Assembly (NCBI GenBank): GCA_048939765.1
Contig: JBHLPF010000019.1
Coordinates: 3,754 to 26,133, forward strand
Direction of reading: 5' to 3'
DNA: 22,380 nt
Source: Promethearchaeota archaeon
GTDB lineage: Archaea; Asgardarchaeota; Thorarchaeia; Thorarchaeales; Thorarchaeaceae
Shown: one piece after another, positions 17,696 through 22,380 of the stretch
Position numbering within the stretch: position 1 is the first letter of the stretch
How the letters are laid out: each line of letters begins with the position of its first letter
Notes under the pieces: model-generated
Told to the model about the DNA's origin: nothing
Seen by the model: only the letters and a program-made list of their open reading frames with translations
Database searches by the model: none
Position numbers and translations under genes: made by a program

Positions 17696-18679
17696 TTAGG
17701 ATACATCACTCTCTCCAATGATGTATTTGTGTCCTACACTACCTTCCACATACTCACTTGGCATTTCTGCACTCATCATATGGCGAGCTCGCCATCCAGT
17801 GCAGTGGCATGGCACCAAGAGCTTTGGATGAATCTCCTTCATCATCTCGACGGTTTTTCGCATTGTGTCTTTCGTCACCCCTCTTGCCAGATGGAATCCA
17901 CCAATCACTGCATGAACCAGATCTATTCCTGTAAGCCGTTGAGCTTCACGGATGATATTGATTATCCCAGCATGAGAACATCCCGAGATGACGACAAGCC
18001 CTTTGCCTTTCACATTGGCGACGAGGCTTACATCATCCCTCACAGCAGCATCATCTTGCCATCTGTCATCCAGGAACACCTTGTGCCCTTCCATGCCTTT
18101 CTCATGAATGGTCATACGCGGGACTTCACCAGTTCTTAGGAGCGTTCCGTTTTCTAATAGAATTGGTTCGGCGCTGCTGATGACATTTCCATCCACTTGT
18201 GCTATCTCGTCTGCGGACGGCATTGGATCAAGCTCAATGATTCTTGACCCTTCAGGCTTCTTCACTTCGAAGCCTTTCTTGTAGAACATCCACGGATGCA
18301 CATACACTGGGAGGCCTTTCCCGCCTATGTTTCTAATCGTCCAGAGAAGTCCTCCGAAGTGATCAAAATGTCCATGGGACATCACGATAGCATCAACCTC
18401 TTCCAGCTTCAACCCTAATGCGGCAACGTTATTCTCCATATTTCGAGGATTTTCGGCAGTATCGTAGAGGACTGTGTAGGTTTCATTGTTCAATTTTGTT
18501 CGCAAATGAAGACTCAGGCCGCAGCCAGCTATCAGGTATGGTCTGTCCTCTTCCTCCTCTTCTTGAATCCATTTGAAATACCGCTGCACATCTCTCCTTT
18601 CGGGATCTGTCCAAGCCGAGTAACTGTTGTCCACGACAGCTATGACTTCAAGTGAATCAATCTGGCGAAGCCCATCCAA
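17696..18679 (-). CDS. MBL-fold metallo-hydrolase (COG1237, MJ0301-like family)
   Basis: VVDN, GLS, LYDT, SHGHFDHFGG, RDD, SGCSHAG, IGGFH, PCHCTG; RBS GGAGGAGTGA. Confidence 0.88.
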   Translation of the reverse strand: MDGLRQIDSLEVIAVVDNSYSAWTDPERRDVQRYFKWIQEEEEEDRPYLIAGCGLSLHLRTKLNNETYTVLYDTAENPRNMENNVAALGLKLEEVDAIVMSHGHFDHFGGLLWTIRNIGGKGLPVYVHPWMFYKKGFEVKKPEGSRIIELDPMPSADEIAQVDGNVISSAEPILLENGTLLRTGEVPRMTIHEKGMEGHKVFLDDRWQDDAAVRDDVSLVANVKGKGLVVISGCSHAGIINIIREAQRLTGIDLVHAVIGGFHLARGVTKDTMRKTVEMMKEIHPKLLVPCHCTGWRARHMMSAEMPSEYVEGSVGHKYIIGESDVS

Positions 18680-18702
18680 CTGTTTTCACTCCTCCCTCAG
18701 CC

Positions 18703-19125
18703 TTAGAGCACCATATTGTCGAGACCCTTGTCTTTCAATACATCGGGCCATATCGCAAAGAGTGGCTTAATCTGAGAAACAAGCCCTATCGCCTTGGTGA
18801 GTGGGCCGTCGATTTTCACCTGGCCCCTAGCTAGTGCAATGGCGGTGTTCAGCTTGCCTTGCCAGAACTTGTTTGTAGTTTCAGACTTGCTCCATACTTT
18901 GAGTTCCGGCTCATCCGTGGCATCCCAGAGCAGGCGACCTACCTTTCCATCTGGCCCTGGGTTCTTGAAGTCGATTGTGGGATGCGCTTCGGGTTCTTCA
19001 ATGTCGAATCTAACCGTTACGCCCTGTTTAGCCATTTTGGCCATGACTTCTTCTACGCCTTGGCACCGTGACCAAAACTCCTCGAACACATCCTTTAGTT
19101 GTTCCGTACTCTCAAAACCTGGCAT
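18703..19125 (-). CDS. SCP2 sterol/lipid-binding domain protein
   Basis: FWQGKLN..IALARGQVKIDG C-terminal SCP2 signature; start at ATG 19125 with AGGTGG RBS. Confidence 0.82.
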   Translation of the reverse strand: MPGFESTEQLKDVFEEFWSRCQGVEEVMAKMAKQGVTVRFDIEEPEAHPTIDFKNPGPDGKVGRLLWDATDEPELKVWSKSETTNKFWQGKLNTAIALARGQVKIDGPLTKAIGLVSQIKPLFAIWPDVLKDKGLDNMVL

Positions 19126-19192
19126 CTCATTACCACCTGCTTTGAAGCAACAGAGCATTATCCGATAGAAGTCTTTTGGAACTTCCATTTGG

Positions 19193-20494
19193 CTAGTTGA
19201 AACGAAGGTACTTCGATATCTCCCAAGGTGTCACTCCTGAAACGCCAGGGTTTCCAGTCGCCTCAACATAATCTGCCCATTCTGCAGTTCTCATTTTGAC
19301 AATCATATCTACCAGACTCTTGCCCAACGCATCAACAATGACTTCATCGCGCTGAAGCCTCTCAAGGGCCTCACCAAGACTGCCTGGGAGGGACTTGGTT
19401 TCAGTTGCTGTCTTGTATAGGTTCTCCCTAGTCGGTTCTGGCGGAGTCAATCCTCTCTCGATTCCATCCAGCCCCGCCGCAAGAGTTGCTGCAATAGCTA
19501 AATGCGAACTGCATAATGGATCTGGGCATCTGAATTCGATTCTAGCCTTCACATCAGACCCATTGTATTGTGGGACTCTGATCATTGTAGACCTGTTTCT
19601 TGGGCCCCATGCAATCTTTGTTGGAGCTTCATACCCGGGAGTTAGCCTCTTGAATGAGTTCACCGAGGGGGCAACTATCGCAGCAAGTGCTTCAGCATGT
19701 TCAAGGACTCCGGCTACATAGCTTCCTGCTAATTCAGATACTTCTCCTGATTTGCTACTTGAGAATAGGTTTATTCCTTCATCAACACTCCATAGACTCT
19801 GATGAAGATGCATGCCGCTCCCATTCATACTACTGAATGGCTTTGGCATGAATGTTGCAATTGCTCCAATTTCATGTGCCATCTCTGCAATAAGAAGTCT
19901 GGCTAGCATTATGTTATCGGCTGCATTAATAGCGCTACCAAATCTGAGCCCCACCTCGTGCTGCCCTGCCGCCACTTCATGGTGATGGGTTGTTGTAGAT
20001 ATGCCGATAGAGCCTAATGCCTTGGCCACTCTTCTTCTAAACTGCAAACCTCCATCAGTGGGAAGGGTTGAGAAATAGCCACCTCCATCCCCGGGTACTA
20101 TTGCGCCTCGCCCGTTTTCCATGACTAGAAAGAACTCGAGTTCTGAACCAACTCTCAACTCAAATCCGGCTTCCCTAGCTGAATCAGTGATTTTAGTAAG
20201 CACGCTAGAAGGATCTCTTGGGTGGGGGTCTCCGGGTGCCCGGAAAACCCCGCAAACCAAGACCGCCACATCTTTTTCCCAAGGAAGAGTAATTGGGCGA
20301 GATGATCGTGGTTTCAATAGGAGATCAGAGCTATTGACCGACGCATATCCAGGGACTGAGGAGCCGTCGAAGTAGACGCCATTCTTCATGACGTCATCAT
20401 AGTCCTCGAATGCAATTTCGATGCTCTTCGTGGCTCCCAAGACTGTACTGAACAGCAGCCTCAGGAAGTCTGGTCGGTCGTGTGTTTCTCGCAT
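19193..20494 (-). CDS. glnA: Glutamine synthetase type I
   Basis: FDGSS, ELEFFL, GGYF, HHEVAAGQHE, FMPKP, NGSGMHLHQS, KRLTPGYEAP, NRS..IRVP, RIEFRCPDP. Start at ATG 20494, about 25 nt below a CTTATA box, so probably leaderless. Confidence 0.9.
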   Translation of the reverse strand: MRETHDRPDFLRLLFSTVLGATKSIEIAFEDYDDVMKNGVYFDGSSVPGYASVNSSDLLLKPRSSRPITLPWEKDVAVLVCGVFRAPGDPHPRDPSSVLTKITDSAREAGFELRVGSELEFFLVMENGRGAIVPGDGGGYFSTLPTDGGLQFRRRVAKALGSIGISTTTHHHEVAAGQHEVGLRFGSAINAADNIMLARLLIAEMAHEIGAIATFMPKPFSSMNGSGMHLHQSLWSVDEGINLFSSSKSGEVSELAGSYVAGVLEHAEALAAIVAPSVNSFKRLTPGYEAPTKIAWGPRNRSTMIRVPQYNGSDVKARIEFRCPDPLCSSHLAIAATLAAGLDGIERGLTPPEPTRENLYKTATETKSLPGSLGEALERLQRDEVIVDALGKSLVDMIVKMRTAEWADYVEATGNPGVSGVTPWEISKYLRFN

Positions 20495-20499
20495 TTTAT

Positions 20500-20524
20500 C
20501 TTTAGAGCTAAAGGTCAGTATAAG
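20500..20524 (-). promoter_or_regulatory. glnA promoter: TATA box plus palindromic operator
   Basis: Minus strand GGAAAT-C-CTTATA, then CTTTAG-N2-CTAAAG (20500-20513) just before the ATG. Confidence 0.5.
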
Positions 20525-20576
20525 GATTTCCGGCAGAAAGCAGAAAGTATTTCTACATTCTTCCACATAATCCAGA

Positions 20577-20627
20577 ATATCCGAAGAACTTACGGAATTG
20601 ATGCGCATGTCCGAAGGAATTACGGAA
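20577..20627. repeat. Two 21-bp direct repeats (TCCG-N9-CGGA cores) 30 bp apart; putative Lrp operators
   Basis: ATATCCGAAGAACTTACGGAA (20577-20597) and ATGTCCGAAGGAATTACGGAA (20607-20627), 18/21 identical. Confidence 0.65.
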
Positions 20628-21110
20628 AAGATTGATAAGACGGATGTGAAAATACTCGACCTTCTTCAACATGATGGCCGGATGAGTGTGTCGGATATTT
20701 CCAAGAACGTTGGCAAGGGAATCTCCACAGTCCACGCACGCATCGGGAATCTAAGGAAGAGAGGAATCATTGACCATTTCACAGCTGTCCTGAATCCTGC
20801 GAAACTTGGCCGTCCAACCTTGGCTCTCATCCTCATCACTATCCGCTACAGAGTCCCGGGAAGTAGAAAGGTCATATCTCAACGCGAGTTCTGTGAAGAA
20901 ATAGCTCAGCATCCATTCGTGCAAGAGGTTCATGTTCTCAGTGGAGAGTTTGATGTACTCTTAAAGGTAAGAGCCAAGGATGTTCAGGAGATGAACAGTT
21001 TCATTGTTGACTCGCTTCGCGAGATGCCTGCAGTTGATCGGACTCTTACGATGTTCGCCATGGACACTTATCTTGACACTCTGATGCTTAGAAATATCCA
21101 GAAAAAGTGA
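20607..21110 (+). CDS. Lrp/AsnC family transcriptional regulator
   Basis: IDKTD.KIL..LQ.DGR.S...IS, STVH.RI..L...GII wHTH; V.EVH.LSGEFDVLLKV RAM domain. Start among 20598/20601/20607. Confidence 0.95.
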   Translation: MSEGITEKIDKTDVKILDLLQHDGRMSVSDISKNVGKGISTVHARIGNLRKRGIIDHFTAVLNPAKLGRPTLALILITIRYRVPGSRKVISQREFCEEIAQHPFVQEVHVLSGEFDVLLKVRAKDVQEMNSFIVDSLREMPAVDRTLTMFAMDTYLDTLMLRNIQKK

Positions 21111-21167
21111 ATGTACGATAATGGGGAATAATGTACAGAGATGGGCAGCTTTAAATAGAGAAGCTGC
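21110..21167 (+). promoter_or_regulatory. trpB2 leader promoter with TATA box, flanking inverted repeat and TGTAC repeats
   Basis: TTTAAATA 21150-21157; GCAGCTT (21145-21151) / AAGCTGC (21161-21167); AATGTAC repeated at 21110 and 21130. Confidence 0.55.
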
Positions 21168-21202
21168 ACGCAATGGATAACCCTTTCCAAGGTTGTGAAA
21201 CG

Positions 21203-21253
21203 ATGAGTGTGCGTTATTACCAATGGTTCATGGGCCGAGAGAGGCCCACTTAG
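21203..21253 (+). CDS. Putative leader peptide MSVRYYQWFMGRERPT (16 aa)
   Basis: GGTTGTGA RBS-like element 4 nt before the ATG; TAG TAA double stop; aromatic codon cluster; lies between a TATA box and trpB2. Confidence 0.55.
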   Translation: MSVRYYQWFMGRERPT

Positions 21254-21293
21254 TAACTATTCCATATATCGCACATTCAACGCCAGCACCGAC

Positions 21294-21300
21294 TTTTTTT
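21294..21300 (+). terminator. T7 tract in the trpB2 leader, putative conditional terminator
   Basis: Seven consecutive T 40 nt after the leader-peptide stop and about 90-100 nt before trpB2; oligo-T tracts are archaeal termination signals. Confidence 0.5.
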
Positions 21301-21403
21301 CCTGGAATTGTTGACTTGCAGTCTTTCAGACTGTGTCAGCTGCTTCCTCCCCCATGTCAGAGGAGAGGGCCTTTTGATATAACCAATTATGGAGAGATCA
21401 GAA

Positions 21404-22380
21404 TTGACTAGTAAAGTAAGTAGAATCCTGTTGGACCTAGATGAAGTACCAACCCATTACGTCAACATTCTGCCTCACCTCAAAGAGCCACTGGCCCCTC
21501 CCCTGAATCCAGGCACAGGAGAACCAATCGGTCCTGAAGCATTGATGGCTATCTTTGCTGTTGAGTGTGTGAAGCAGGAAGTGACGATGGAAAAAACAGT
21601 GCCAATACCTGATGAAGTCCGGGAGGCCTACATGATGTACGGTCGGCCCACTCCGCTTCAGAGAGCAGTTGGTCTTGAGACCGCTCTAAACACCCCAGCG
21701 CGTATCTATTACAAACGTGAAGACGTGTCGCCCACTGGTAGCCACAAGCTCAACACGGCGTTAGCACAGGCCTACTATGCACGAAACGAGGGTGTTTCCA
21801 GATATGCTACTGAAACTGGTGCAGGTCAATGGGGAAGTGCAGTATCTCTATCATGCGCTCACTTCGGGCTCAAGGCAATGGTCTACATGGTGCGAGTAAG
21901 CTTGGAGCAGAAAGGGTACCGTGGTACCCTGATGCGTTCCTATGGCGCAGAGATAGTCCCGAGTCCATCCGATAAGACGGAATTTGGTAGAAAGATAAGG
22001 TCCGAGAAACCAGATCATCCTGGAACACTGGGCATCGCGATTAGCGAAGCACTTGAAGATGCTGCAACCAATAATGACACGAAATACACGATAGGGTCCG
22101 TTCTGAACCATGTCCTGCTTCATCAGTCAGTCATCGGACAAGAAACAATCATTCAACTCGAAAAAGACGATCAGACGCCTGATGCTATCATTGGTTGCGT
22201 GGGAGGCGGTAGCAACTTCGCTGGTATAGCATATCCCTTCATTGCAGACGGTCGATTTGAGTCGACAGAGTTCATAGGTGTCGAGCCAACTGCCTGTCCT
22301 TCCATGACAAAGGGGGAATACAAGTATGACTTCGGTGACACTGCAGGAATGACCCCCATGATCAAGATGTACAGCTTGGG
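21404..22380 (+). CDS. trpB2: Tryptophan synthase beta chain, TrpB2 type (3' end runs off the window)
   Basis: Manual translation: [56 protein letters not shown] (PLP Lys), [49 protein letters not shown]. Start is TTG 21404 (GGAG RBS) or ATG 21389. Confidence 0.94.
   Translation, partial: MTSKVSRILLDLDEVPTHYVNILPHLKEPLAPPLNPGTGEPIGPEALMAIFAVECVKQEVTMEKTVPIPDEVREAYMMYGRPTPLQRAVGLETALNTPARIYYKREDVSPTGSHKLNTALAQAYYARNEGVSRYATETGAGQWGSAVSLSCAHFGLKAMVYMVRVSLEQKGYRGTLMRSYGAEIVPSPSDKTEFGRKIRSEKPDHPGTLGIAISEALEDAATNNDTKYTIGSVLNHVLLHQSVIGQETIIQLEKDDQTPDAIIGCVGGGSNFAGIAYPFIADGRFESTEFIGVEPTACPSMTKGEYKYDFGDTAGMTPMIKMYSL

Noticed and set aside
19193-20494. Possibility that glnA is a GS-like gamma-glutamylamine ligase
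   Set aside because: Ammonium-site residues (Asp in FDGSS, Tyr in GGYF, flap Glu in GYEAP) are retained, which fits a true glutamine synthetase.
20495-20608. 38-aa N-terminal extension of glnA in the ORF track
   Set aside because: Runs through the divergent promoter and into the lrp start; the promoter position supports ATG 20494.
21223-21411. 62-aa plus-strand ORF in the trpB2 leader
   Set aside because: No RBS, crosses the T7 tract and hairpins, no motif; the 16-codon ORF in another frame has better signals.
1-22380. CRISPR arrays, transposases, tRNA/rRNA genes and selenoprotein read-through
   Set aside because: No repeat-spacer pattern, transposase motif, cloverleaf or interrupted conserved ORF seen by eye.

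Overview
Archaeal chromosomal window. An Asgard (Thorarchaeia-like) origin is my inference from gene content, TATA-type promoters and GGAGG/GGTGA-type ribosome-binding sites. Left to right: a GH36 alpha-galactosidase cut off by the left edge (absent from the ORF track), TPR protein, small membrane protein, HisJ-type PHP phosphatase, MFS transporter, a methanofuran biosynthesis cluster (HisA-like gene, mfnD-mfnF-mfnE, mfnB), a double zinc-ribbon protein, a membrane-anchored S8 protease, a divergently transcribed P-type ATPase, a 4-TM protein, panB, DUF1858, a COG1237 MBL-fold protein, an SCP2 protein, glnA, an Lrp/AsnC regulator and trpB2 cut off by the right edge (also absent from the ORF track). 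No mobile elements, CRISPR arrays, rRNA or tRNA were recognised. Best leads: (1) the SERCA-like P-type ATPase has a rebuilt transport site (PEGLP->PINIP, Ile at the position that marks P4 lipid flippases; TM6 N/D->V/H); (2) an unannotated 16-codon Tyr-Tyr-Gln-Trp-Phe leader peptide with alternative hairpins and a T7 tract precedes trpB2, a candidate archaeal attenuator; (3) the S8 protease has a site-1-protease-like architecture with no prodomain; (4) two intergenic regions fold like structured RNAs; (5) paired operator-like repeats lie at the glnA/lrp divergent promoter.
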